Notes under the pieces: model-generated
What the model was told of the DNA's origin: nothing
Databases searched by the model: none
What the model saw: only the letters and a program-made list of their open reading frames with translations
In this document: in pieces, positions 16,522 through 25,119 of the stretch
Numbering within the stretch: the first letter of the stretch is position 1
Layout: each line of letters starts with the position of its first letter
DNA from: Candidatus Saccharimonadota bacterium
GTDB taxonomy: Bacteria; Patescibacteriota; Saccharimonadia; Saccharimonadales; Saccharimonadaceae
DNA length: 46,790 bases
Direction of reading: 5' to 3'
Assembly: GCA_037140095.1 (NCBI GenBank)
Contig: JBAXFD010000001.1
Coordinates: forward strand, 1-46,790
Translations under genes and position numbers: made by a program

Positions 16522-16556
16522 GAGGCAGACACTCTAACCAGCTGAGTTACTGGCCC
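16480..16556 (-). tRNA. tRNA-Lys (anticodon CTT), CCA encoded
   Basis: Reverse complement: GGGCCAG-TA-ACTC-AGCTGGTTA-GAGT-G-TCTGC-CTCTTAA-GCAGA-ATGTC-GTGGG-TTCAAGT-CCCAC-CTGGCCC-T-CCA. Confidence 0.85.
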
Positions 16557-16624
16557 ATATTTACCCCACAACTATACATCATTACCCCTGTTGGCGCAAT
16601 ATGGTAGAAAATATATTATACAAT

Positions 16625-16772
16625 AAAAAGTTCATTTGCAAGGTCCGACCCTGCAATGAGATTCGAGATTTGGAAAAGAGCAGCCGTAGGCACCGGATTC
16701 ACTCCGTTCGTGGCGCGATGAGAAAAACCTTTAGGCTTGTCTCGTGAGGTTTCTAGGTTCAACCTCGCAAAG
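16625..16772. repeat. MITE/REP-like intergenic repeat, copy 2 (full length)
   Basis: Left end ATTTGCAAGGTCCGACCCTGCAAT, core GGAAAAGAGCAGCC...CGTGGCGCGATGAGAAAAA, right end CTAGGTTCAACCTCGCAAAGG. Confidence 0.75.
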
Positions 16773-16790
16773 GAGATTGCCTGACAGGTT

Positions 16791-16799
16791 TGATATAAT
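16791..16799 (+). promoter_or_regulatory. extended -10 box TGATATAAT, 6 nt upstream of the ATG at 16806 (leaderless-type)
   Basis: tgatataat-gagtat-ATG, with no SD. Confidence 0.45.
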
Positions 16800-16805
16800 G
16801 AGTAT

Positions 16806-17324
16806 ATGATTTATTTTATTCGTCATGGGGAAAGTCAGGCAAATGTTGATAACACATTTAGCGGGCCAGATTCATTGATTACAGATAATGGCCGCGCACA
16901 ATCGCAGATGGCAGGTGAGAAACTAGTGGCTGACGGTATCGTTATCGATCGGATTATCTCGTCTACTTATGAACGGGCGGTTGAGACTGCAAAAATAATT
17001 ACCAAGGCTATTGGCTTTGACGTTGATAAAATTCAATACGACCACAGGTTAGTGGAAATCGATTGCGGCTCGGTCACATACAAATCACAGGAAAATATAA
17101 CCCAGCGTCAGATGTTGGAATGTGATGGCGCTGAGGATGTAAACAGGTTCCAGGAACGAGTTATGAAAAGTTTTAACGAAATCAAAGACCTGCCCGGTAA
17201 TACACTAATTGTCAGTCACGCCGGAGTTGGGCGTATGATTAACGCTACCAAACAGGGTATCCAACCATCAGATTTCATCAATCTACCAGAATATCCAAAT
17301 GCTATAATTGCTGAATTAAATTAA
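16806..17324 (+). CDS. histidine phosphatase family protein (phosphoglycerate-mutase-like)
   Basis: MIYFIRHGESQAN (RHG motif) and ...IVSHAGV. Confidence 0.8.
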   Translation: MIYFIRHGESQANVDNTFSGPDSLITDNGRAQSQMAGEKLVADGIVIDRIISSTYERAVETAKIITKAIGFDVDKIQYDHRLVEIDCGSVTYKSQENITQRQMLECDGAEDVNRFQERVMKSFNEIKDLPGNTLIVSHAGVGRMINATKQGIQPSDFINLPEYPNAIIAELN

Positions 17325-19645
17325 CGTTTGGTCCACTGCCAATTATCGATTTCGGGCATATCAACACCATTTTGTTTGATGTATTCAGTGTTTTGATCGA
17401 TTTTTTGTTGGTATTTGTCGATTATAGATTTGGCGGTTTCATAAGGAATCTGTCCATTGGCCGTAAGTTTTTCAAATATCGCCATGACTAGGTGGTAACG
17501 GCTAGTTTTGTTGCGAACGTGCATATCAAACGGAGTTGTTGTGCTGCCACATTCGATGTAGCCGCGGATGTCAAATCGATTAGCGTCGGTAGCGTAATTA
17601 AACAGGATTGATTTCAATGTTTCGGGATAACCATGGAAGTTAAATATGACAGGTTTGTCGGTTGTAAATTGGCGGTTGAATTCGGTTTCACCAATATAGT
17701 TTTTGCCTTGACCGAATCCGCGTGATGTTAGCGAGCTGACGTTTACGAATCGTAGTTTGATTTCGGGCATTTCGGATTTGGCTAAGTCGATTGCGGCTAA
17801 GGTTTCTTTGGTAGGGTAATCGCCGATACCAGCCAGGACAACATCGGGGTTCTCGTCACTAGCAAAATCCCAGATCATCAACCCAGTCTGTAATTGTTGT
17901 CGTGCTAATTCTGGCGTCAACCATTGTGGCTCTGGAGTTTTACCAGCCACTACAACATTTATTTGTTTTGTTGCGGTCAACATTCTTTCCATCACGACTA
18001 GAGTGCTATTAACGTCGGCAGGGAAATACACGTCGACGAAATCACCGTGACGTTGCAATACTCCGTCAATAAAGCCAGGGTTTTGGTGGCTGAACCCGTT
18101 GTGATCTTGGCGCCAACCGGAACTGGTTAGGATGTAATTGAATGATGGGAATTTACCGCGCCATGGGAAATCAAAAGTATGTTTCAAGAATTTGGCATAT
18201 TGGTCCATCATGCTGGCGACAACTTGGACGAAAGCTTCATAACTGGCGAATACTGCGTGACGACCGGTCAATACATAGCCTTGGGTTAATCCCTGTAGGT
18301 TGTGTTCGGATAACATTTCCATTGCCCGACCGTTTGGTGCCATGTCTTTGTCCCATGATTCAATTGGCCATACCCAAGCGCGATTGGTTTGTTCGAAAAT
18401 AGCGTCTAGTTTGTTCGAATAAGTTTCATCCGGTGACATGAATCGGAAATTTTTATTGTCGGCGTTTAATTTGAAAACCTCGTTCAGATATTTGCCGGTT
18501 TGGATCATACTGCTACCGGTAGAGCCGACCGGGACGGCGAATTGTTCGACAGTAGGTAGATTTAGCGGTTTGTAGACAGCGTCACCACCATGTGCGTGTG
18601 GGCTCATGCCCATTCGCTGATTTTTTGCGGGTACGATTTCATCGACAAAGTCACCGAATCCGCGTTCGCGGTCGAATAATTCGTTGAAATTATATGATTG
18701 TAGCCATTGTTCTAATAATTTCAATTGCTCGGGGTCAGTTTTGGCCTCAGTCAGCACAACCTGGTGCGATAGACAGTTGCCTTCGACCTTATTACCATTT
18801 AGCTCTTTGACGCCGCTCCAGCCTTTTAATGTGCGCATTATAATCATTGGCATTCGTGGTGCAATAATTGCCTCGGGCGCGTTTTTGATGCCCCATATCG
18901 TTTGGTGAGCCCAATCCAATGCGTCTTCCATTTGCTGGTCTAGGTCATCGCCGCTGACTAATCTTGGCTCGTAGCCGTAGCCCCAGAATAATGCGCGTAA
19001 TTCGTCATCGCTCATACGACCAAATACAGTTGGGGCAGAGATTTTGTAGCCGTTCAAATGTAGAATCGGCAAGACTGTACCGTTAGTTTTAGGGTCGACT
19101 AATTTATTTAGGTGCCAAGATGCGGCAGCTGGGCCGGTTTCGGCTTCACCATCACCGACTAGGCAGGCTACTATCATATTCGGGTTATCTAGCGCTGCGC
19201 CGTAAGCTGTCGATAGGGAATATCCCAATTCTCCACCTTCTAGTATGACACCAGGTGTGCCAGGGTTGCTGTGGCTAGGGAATCCGTATGGCCAGCTAAA
19301 GTTTTTGCAAATATATTCGATACCCGCCAGGTCGTGGGTCGCGTTTGGATAAAATTCACCTAGTGTCCCTTCCATGAACAGGTTGGCTTGCAGGGCAGGG
19401 AATGCGTGGCCTGGTCCCAGGACGAACATCATTTCTTGGCCGTATTTTTTGATCAGTTTATTCAGGTGAGCATAGGCTAGGTTTACACCCGGTCCCGAAC
19501 CCCAGTGACCTAATAACCGCGGTTTGATATCAGCTGCCGTTAATGGGCGGTCTAGTAAAAAGTTATCTTGCAAAAAGATTTGCGCAACCGTCAAATAATT
19601 CGCTGCGCGCCTGAATTTATCAAATCCCACCATTTTTTCATTCAT
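17321..19645 (-). CDS. xfp: phosphoketolase (xylulose-5-P/fructose-6-P)
   Basis: 774 aa with GHWGSGPG, EGGELGYSL and the TPP motif GDGEAETGP. The length is typical of XFP. Confidence 0.9.
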   Translation of the reverse strand: MNEKMVGFDKFRRAANYLTVAQIFLQDNFLLDRPLTAADIKPRLLGHWGSGPGVNLAYAHLNKLIKKYGQEMMFVLGPGHAFPALQANLFMEGTLGEFYPNATHDLAGIEYICKNFSWPYGFPSHSNPGTPGVILEGGELGYSLSTAYGAALDNPNMIVACLVGDGEAETGPAAASWHLNKLVDPKTNGTVLPILHLNGYKISAPTVFGRMSDDELRALFWGYGYEPRLVSGDDLDQQMEDALDWAHQTIWGIKNAPEAIIAPRMPMIIMRTLKGWSGVKELNGNKVEGNCLSHQVVLTEAKTDPEQLKLLEQWLQSYNFNELFDRERGFGDFVDEIVPAKNQRMGMSPHAHGGDAVYKPLNLPTVEQFAVPVGSTGSSMIQTGKYLNEVFKLNADNKNFRFMSPDETYSNKLDAIFEQTNRAWVWPIESWDKDMAPNGRAMEMLSEHNLQGLTQGYVLTGRHAVFASYEAFVQVVASMMDQYAKFLKHTFDFPWRGKFPSFNYILTSSGWRQDHNGFSHQNPGFIDGVLQRHGDFVDVYFPADVNSTLVVMERMLTATKQINVVVAGKTPEPQWLTPELARQQLQTGLMIWDFASDENPDVVLAGIGDYPTKETLAAIDLAKSEMPEIKLRFVNVSSLTSRGFGQGKNYIGETEFNRQFTTDKPVIFNFHGYPETLKSILFNYATDANRFDIRGYIECGSTTTPFDMHVRNKTSRYHLVMAIFEKLTANGQIPYETAKSIIDKYQQKIDQNTEYIKQNGVDMPEIDNWQWTKR

Positions 19646-19713
19646 ACTTATGATTAATTGTATATCAGTGGCAGGTGTTTGTAAAATTAAAATTATGAGG
19701 TTATTCGGTTATT

Positions 19714-19722
19714 TGTTAAGAT
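19714..19722 (+). promoter_or_regulatory. extended -10-like box TGTTAAGAT, 7 nt upstream of the folD ATG (leaderless-type)
   Basis: tgttaagat-agaaaca-ATG(19730). Confidence 0.4.
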
Positions 19723-19729
19723 AGAAACA

Positions 19730-20554
19730 ATGAAATCATTAGATGGATCAGAATTATCAGGATATATCAAAGAACGCCAAGCAAAACAAGTCCGGGCGTT
19801 ACGGCAATCATGGCGAGTTATTCCGCGGCTAGCGATTGTTCGAACTGGCGAAAATTCGGTTATTGATAGATATGTTGGGCTGAAAAGTATTTACGGCGAA
19901 GACATCTTGATTGAGGTTGATATCTACACGCCTACCGACGAAGATTTGATGGCACAGATTGATAAACTGAATCGTGACGAATCGGTACATGGAATTATTA
20001 TTCAATTACCGCTGTCTGATCCATCGCAAACAGACGCGGCTGTCAATGCGGTTGCGCCCGAAAAAGATGTTGATGGGTTGGGTACTAATCCAATATTCAC
20101 GCCGGCTACCGCTATGGCGATAAATTGGTTGTTGGTTGGGTACAATGTTGATTTGGCTGACAAGAAAATCGCGATTGTTGGTAGGGGACGATTGGTCGGC
20201 GCACCGCTGGCAAAATTATGGCAAGATTCAGGTTACGATGTATCAGTCTACGGACGTGATGCGGATTTGAATAGTGTTTTGCCGGTTGCTGATGTTATTG
20301 TGACTGCCGCTGGCGTACCAGGGCTGATTCAGTCTAATATGGTTCGTAATGGGGCAGTGGTAGTAGATGCAGGTACTGCATCCGAAGATGGTAAAATCGT
20401 TGGCGATGTAGCCGGTGAAGTTCGCGATCGTCAAGATCTGACCATCACGCCAACACGTGGCGGAGTCGGCCCGCTGACCATTGCCGCATTATTTGACAAC
20501 GTTATTACCGCCGCTCGAAAAATAGCCGACGCCCGCGGACAACAAGATAATTAG
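19730..20554 (+). CDS. folD: bifunctional methylenetetrahydrofolate dehydrogenase/methenyl-THF cyclohydrolase
   Basis: IIIQLPLS, DVDGLG, VGRGRLVGAPLA and GGVGPLTIA. Confidence 0.9.
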   Translation: MKSLDGSELSGYIKERQAKQVRALRQSWRVIPRLAIVRTGENSVIDRYVGLKSIYGEDILIEVDIYTPTDEDLMAQIDKLNRDESVHGIIIQLPLSDPSQTDAAVNAVAPEKDVDGLGTNPIFTPATAMAINWLLVGYNVDLADKKIAIVGRGRLVGAPLAKLWQDSGYDVSVYGRDADLNSVLPVADVIVTAAGVPGLIQSNMVRNGAVVVDAGTASEDGKIVGDVAGEVRDRQDLTITPTRGGVGPLTIAALFDNVITAARKIADARGQQDN

Positions 20555-20563
20555 ATTATTCTA

Positions 20564-21070
20564 CTAGTTGTACTTTGACGCGAGGCATTTGTGGATTGCC
20601 TGGCTGAATGATTTTTTGCGACTAATTAGCTCTTCTATATTTTCGCATTTATATTTATCAGAGTCGCATGTTTTGGAATACTCTCGTATAATAATCCCAA
20701 ATTCTTCACCATTCTCAATGCATTTTGACACATATGGCGGCAATGGTACAGGGTCACTGCTATCTGTTATTATATCTAGCCCGTCGTAGATTGTGGCTGT
20801 GCAGATTAAATTGTAAATATTATCTTTTTTTGTTAATCCACCCTCTAGCCCAATCGCTATCAATTCTTCTTTTTCATCGATGGTATTAAATGCATTTCTG
20901 GATCTATTTAGCGATCCGATAGCAGTTTCTTCTTTGGATGTTGGCTGTTCGGGTATGTCTGAACTGACACTTTGCCCTAATATCTCATCATATTTTATAT
21001 TCAAGCTATTTAGGCAATCAATTAATATTTTGAGCTTATCTTCACTTTTAGAGCCTAATACTATTCGCAT
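20564..21070 (-). CDS. DUF84/YjjX-like non-canonical purine NTP phosphatase
   Basis: MRIVLGSKSEDKL...SSDIPEQPTSKEETAIGSLNRSRNA...IAIGLEGG parallels E. coli YjjX (...[22 protein letters not shown]...AIEAG) as I recall it. Confidence 0.6.
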   Translation of the reverse strand: MRIVLGSKSEDKLKILIDCLNSLNIKYDEILGQSVSSDIPEQPTSKEETAIGSLNRSRNAFNTIDEKEELIAIGLEGGLTKKDNIYNLICTATIYDGLDIITDSSDPVPLPPYVSKCIENGEEFGIIIREYSKTCDSDKYKCENIEELISRKKSFSQAIHKCLASKYN

Positions 21071-22270
21071 TTATATTTTCCTCAGCTTATGGTTCATTCT
21101 GTCTTTTTTTGTCTTGAGATATCTATTGCTTGTAGGGTTAGCCGGTATCTCATGTTGTTTTGCGCCTTTGACTATTACCCCTAGTGATTTTAGTTCGGTA
21201 ATCTTGTCAGGGTTGTTAGTTAGTAATACTATGCTTTTTATCTTTAAATCTTCAATTATATCTTTCACGATCTCATAGTTTCTCATCTCACTGGGCATCC
21301 CTAATGCTCTATTTGCGTCAACAGTGTCTAGCCCCTCCGCCTGTAATTTATAGGCTTTTATTTTATTTATTATATTTATGCCTCTGCCTTCTTGGAAAAG
21401 GTACATAATTACGCCCTGGCCCTCTTTGGATATTATTTTAAAGGCCTTGTCTAATTGTTGCCCGCAATCGCAATGCTTGGAATGTAATATATCACCTGTG
21501 ATGCACGAAGAGTGAACTCTGACTAAAACATCATGTTTGTTTTCGACATCTCCTTTTACTAGAGCCAGGTGATAACTGTAATCAACTGATGATTGATAAG
21601 CTGTTATTTTAAAATTACCATATTCAGTTTCTAGCTCGGCTGAGGCGGCTTTCGTATATATTTTGTTATGGGATTTTTTCAAGTAAAGTCCACTAAGTAT
21701 AGACTGGACGACTTCTTGGATATTTGTATCGGCATCTATCGAGAAATCAATGGGACAGTGATTACTAAGGAATTTACTGACGTCATTTAATTCGGCTGTA
21801 AAATAATGATATTCTTCCTCTAGTTCTTTGGTGGAATATTTTTTATTGGTTTTAATTAATACAGAGTCATCAAAAGGGCATAGTTCATTTTCTTTGGAAT
21901 ATTCTCTGTGGCAGATAGGGCAATGGTGCCTGCGCTGTCTTCTGCTCAATGATTTGTCTAGGCTGCTATTAAATTTTACTACTGCTTCAAGCTCGAACCC
22001 ATTTTTGTTTATAAAGTCGAGCATTTTTTCGGCTTCTTGCAAGTGCATTGGATAGCCCTCAATAATTATTGGGTTTTGGTTATCTTTATGGGCCATTAGT
22101 TTTAATGATCGGAATAATTGTTCGGCGCTCTTTGCGTAGTCTGTTTTATGGGTTTGTTTTTTTAATGTTTCACCCCATGATATATACTGGAAGTCAAAGG
22201 CGGATTTTAATATTTGAGCGGCCTTTGTTTTGTTTGACCCTGGCGTTCCTAAAAATAATAATATTTTCAT
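21071..22270 (-). CDS. fusion protein: adenylate-kinase-like P-loop kinase (Zn lid) + GTP cyclohydrolase II
   Basis: N-terminus: GTPGSNKTK P-loop and CPICHREY...CPFDD lid. C-terminus: VRVHSSCITGDILHSKHCDCGQQL...QEGRGINIINKIKAYKLQAEGLDTVDAN...LLTNNP matches RibA, including the three Zn Cys. Confidence 0.8.
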   Translation of the reverse strand: MKILLFLGTPGSNKTKAAQILKSAFDFQYISWGETLKKQTHKTDYAKSAEQLFRSLKLMAHKDNQNPIIIEGYPMHLQEAEKMLDFINKNGFELEAVVKFNSSLDKSLSRRQRRHHCPICHREYSKENELCPFDDSVLIKTNKKYSTKELEEEYHYFTAELNDVSKFLSNHCPIDFSIDADTNIQEVVQSILSGLYLKKSHNKIYTKAASAELETEYGNFKITAYQSSVDYSYHLALVKGDVENKHDVLVRVHSSCITGDILHSKHCDCGQQLDKAFKIISKEGQGVIMYLFQEGRGINIINKIKAYKLQAEGLDTVDANRALGMPSEMRNYEIVKDIIEDLKIKSIVLLTNNPDKITELKSLGVIVKGAKQHEIPANPTSNRYLKTKKDRMNHKLRKI

Positions 22271-23361
22271 GCTAGTTGTTTTTTACTATTTAAACTTTCT
22301 GCTAGTATAATACCACTTAATTTAATCAAATCGCTATCACATATTTTATAATCTAATAGTATAGCAATGACTCCTTTTTTCATGTCTAGCGCTTTATCAA
22401 AATCTGACCAGTCTATGAATGGATGAGTTCTGTCCCAAAATGGTAGTGTAAAAAGTATGCCACTATCTGTTATTTTTTCGTGTAAATATGAAGAATGCTC
22501 GACTATTATAGGGAATATCTTTGAGGGTATTTGTTGTCTGACAATCTCATTAGCAATGACCAGGCTATCCCTGTCCAGGTATGATTTTAGCACGTTATAA
22601 ATATGCTTAAAATTTCTGACATTAACGTTAGTGTACCCATCAATATCCAAGTTATTTATGATTTCTCTTGTTGCTGGGGGTATCCCTAATAGATAGCCAC
22701 CCAGGTTTTTATATCTGGCTCCATGTATGTCTGAAGGGTCAATACCGGTATGTATACCTGACCCAGGTTTGTTTATGCCATTTTGGTATTTTTTAAAGTT
22801 ATTATTTTCAGTGATAACTAGTTTCCGGGGTGGATTTATTATTTTGTTTATTTTATATTTTTCTTTACAGCAAAGTATCGCACCATTTGGTACGGGTAGG
22901 ATTTTTCTTAGGCTAAATATAATAAGATCACCAATGTCTCCTACGTTTTTTGAGAATAATGCGTAGGCGGCGTCTTCTATCACGAAACCACCTTGGTTGT
23001 GAATTGTATCGGTTAATCTCATTAATTTAGACGATTTGTTAACAATGCCAAAGAAATGTGTTAAAAATAATATATCTTTTTCTAATATTTCTTTTGTATT
23101 TATGCCTATGCTTTCAAATGGCGACCCTATTCTTTGAATATTATAAAATTTAACATTAAAGCCTAGATTGATTGCTACTGCTACTTCGTCGCCACAACTA
23201 TAAGCAGGCAATAGGATTCTTTTGTGTCCCATTTCTTTTAGCAAAGAAAGGGCTGCGTATATTGCATTCCTCCCAAATAGGTATTCATGGCAATAAAAAC
23301 GACTGGCAAATGCCTTGCCCTTTAATTTTGTTATTAATTTATTTTTTGAAGTAAAAATCAT
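22267..23361 (-). CDS. DegT/DnrJ/EryC1-type PLP-dependent aminotransferase
   Basis: LLPAYSCGDEVAVAINLG... and VIEDAAYALFSK..GDIGDLIIFSLRKILP (Lys in the SxxK context). The track start 23439 would overlap the upstream gene by 100 nt; ATG 23361 is preferred. Confidence 0.65.
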   Translation of the reverse strand: MIFTSKNKLITKLKGKAFASRFYCHEYLFGRNAIYAALSLLKEMGHKRILLPAYSCGDEVAVAINLGFNVKFYNIQRIGSPFESIGINTKEILEKDILFLTHFFGIVNKSSKLMRLTDTIHNQGGFVIEDAAYALFSKNVGDIGDLIIFSLRKILPVPNGAILCCKEKYKINKIINPPRKLVITENNNFKKYQNGINKPGSGIHTGIDPSDIHGARYKNLGGYLLGIPPATREIINNLDIDGYTNVNVRNFKHIYNVLKSYLDRDSLVIANEIVRQQIPSKIFPIIVEHSSYLHEKITDSGILFTLPFWDRTHPFIDWSDFDKALDMKKGVIAILLDYKICDSDLIKLSGIILAESLNSKKQLA

Positions 23362-24280
23362 ATACCTTCCTCGATAATATGGGCTGGAACTGTAATTTAT
23401 GGATTCGAGTCCCGTCCTCGGTCCCCAACTCACCGTCATTTATAAAGTCTATTCCTTGGCTTGATGCAATCTCGAAAGTAGAGAAGTATAGGTAGTCACT
23501 TGACCCTTTTGCGCCATTAATGGTTTCGTCATTCAGCCCCTTTAATATTGTTGTGCATGATACTCCCTGAGAGATTCTATGATCTATCGACAATAGACCT
23601 ACGGGCATTTTTTTGTAATATAATAGGTGGTTGCTAATATTATTATTGTTCGCGATGGTGGTCTGTTTTAGATAGTTCAACTCTTTATTTTTTCGGTCTT
23701 TTTTGTATATGTGAAGTCGAGTACTGTTCCAATTATCTAGTACAAATTTAGCATCATCTAACATGTCCAAATTAAACTTTTTAAGTTCAAAATCTGGATT
23801 TTTAATTATTTTATTTTTTTTGTAACGAATCTTGGAGAATTTTTTACCTGGTAATTCTGATAATAATTTTGTTGAATAAAAAACTTCGTTTTCGGAACGG
23901 ATGTTTTTTACGAAATCTAATGTTGTTAATTCATTCGTATAATTTGTGGATTGATTCTCACTATAATATTTAATGCTGATTTTATTAAAACTTTTTTTCC
24001 AAGAATTGACTATTTGAGCTAATTCATCGAAGTTTAATATCAATGGGAAAGACATGATTAGCTCATTATCATCGTACGTTATTGGCAGTATACTGCCCAG
24101 TTTGGTCTTTGCTATCATTATATTTGACCCGTAGGATATGTAATAAAATAATAGATCAGGGCTCTGCTCAAAAACTGCCTGCTCTGTATCAATACATTTA
24201 ATGATTAAATCTATTGTTTCTTTGGATTTTTTATTTGAGAAAGATTCTATCAAATCGTTATTTATAGAGATTTTTTTCAT
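23339..24280 (-). CDS. DUF2156-like protein (MprF C-terminal / aminoacyl-tRNA-dependent transferase fold)
   Basis: ...LPGKKFSKIRYKKNKI... and C-terminal ...INDGELGTEDGTRIHKLQFQP fit the DUF2156 pattern (GKKFKKIRN...; N.G...GL..FK..F.P) from memory. The ATG at 24280 overlaps the upstream stop as ATGA. Confidence 0.5.
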   Translation of the reverse strand: MKKISINNDLIESFSNKKSKETIDLIIKCIDTEQAVFEQSPDLLFYYISYGSNIMIAKTKLGSILPITYDDNELIMSFPLILNFDELAQIVNSWKKSFNKISIKYYSENQSTNYTNELTTLDFVKNIRSENEVFYSTKLLSELPGKKFSKIRYKKNKIIKNPDFELKKFNLDMLDDAKFVLDNWNSTRLHIYKKDRKNKELNYLKQTTIANNNNISNHLLYYKKMPVGLLSIDHRISQGVSCTTILKGLNDETINGAKGSSDYLYFSTFEIASSQGIDFINDGELGTEDGTRIHKLQFQPILSRKVYDFYFKK

Positions 24281-25110
24281 GATATCTTTTTTGGAAATAA
24301 TAGATCCATATTTAGGTTGGGCATAAGTAGGTATCTTTCGTATGCGCTTTCGGACCAATATAAGTATGCTTCTTGGTACGACTCATTCAGTGCCTGCGCT
24401 ATGTATGGGTAATTTGTTGCGAGAGCCTCTGTGCGATCTCTAATTTTATCATCTTGCCAGTTTAATATATTCTTATAGAATATTTCGTTCCGACCTTGTA
24501 CTATTTGTTTTTTATCTTCCTCTATGTTGGCAATCGGTATATTTGAACCTCGTTCGCCAATCAAATTATCTAAATTGTTTAATGCACTAAGCTTTTTAAT
24601 TATGAATTGTTTGGGTGATTTATCTAACAAATCTCTATAGTTTTTATCTAAAGATGTGCGAAAATCAGTATCAGATAGTTCGTCAAGATTTTCTATTAAT
24701 AAGTCACTAAAGTAAATTGTAAGGTTTATTTTGCAGCCAGCCGAGCTAAACAGGTGATATAGCTTCGTGAGAGTGTTTATATTATTTTTTGTCGTGTTGC
24801 CGATGACATTGTTGTATCCAATTTGTCCGGCTCCGATCTTATAGGAAGGGCAAAAAACGGAGACTATTTGTATTTCGTTTTTTAATATAATGTCTGATAA
24901 TATTTTATCTAAAGTTCTTGACTGTGTAACCTTTGGCAGAAAACCGAGATTCATCAAATCCATGATGCTACCAAATGTTTTTTGGGAATCTATTAAATAT
25001 TGTGTTTCTTGGTCCGTGAACACGATCTTTTGTCTAGTTTCTTGATGACCGATGTCTAATTTATAGGCTAATGCTTGTGTTTTGGCTGGTATGGTATAAC
25101 AGTTCATCAT
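24277..25110 (-). CDS. hypothetical protein (no recognisable motif)
   Basis: 277-aa ORF that starts 9 nt after the CCA end of the tRNA-like element. No SD. Confidence 0.5.
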   Translation of the reverse strand: MMNCYTIPAKTQALAYKLDIGHQETRQKIVFTDQETQYLIDSQKTFGSIMDLMNLGFLPKVTQSRTLDKILSDIILKNEIQIVSVFCPSYKIGAGQIGYNNVIGNTTKNNINTLTKLYHLFSSAGCKINLTIYFSDLLIENLDELSDTDFRTSLDKNYRDLLDKSPKQFIIKKLSALNNLDNLIGERGSNIPIANIEEDKKQIVQGRNEIFYKNILNWQDDKIRDRTEALATNYPYIAQALNESYQEAYLYWSESAYERYLLMPNLNMDLLFPKKIS

Positions 25111-25119
25111 ATAAAAGGT

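Larger units (their letters stand above)
5609..16556. mobile_element. putative integrative element (serine-recombinase type) inserted at tRNA-Lys; left boundary uncertain
   Basis: A large serine recombinase gene runs into the 3' end of tRNA-Lys. Cargo is R-M/HEPN/XRE genes and phage-plasmid-like small ORFs. The 11-mer TTTGGAGGnCC is shared by 5609-5619 and 16478-16488. Confidence 0.45.
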
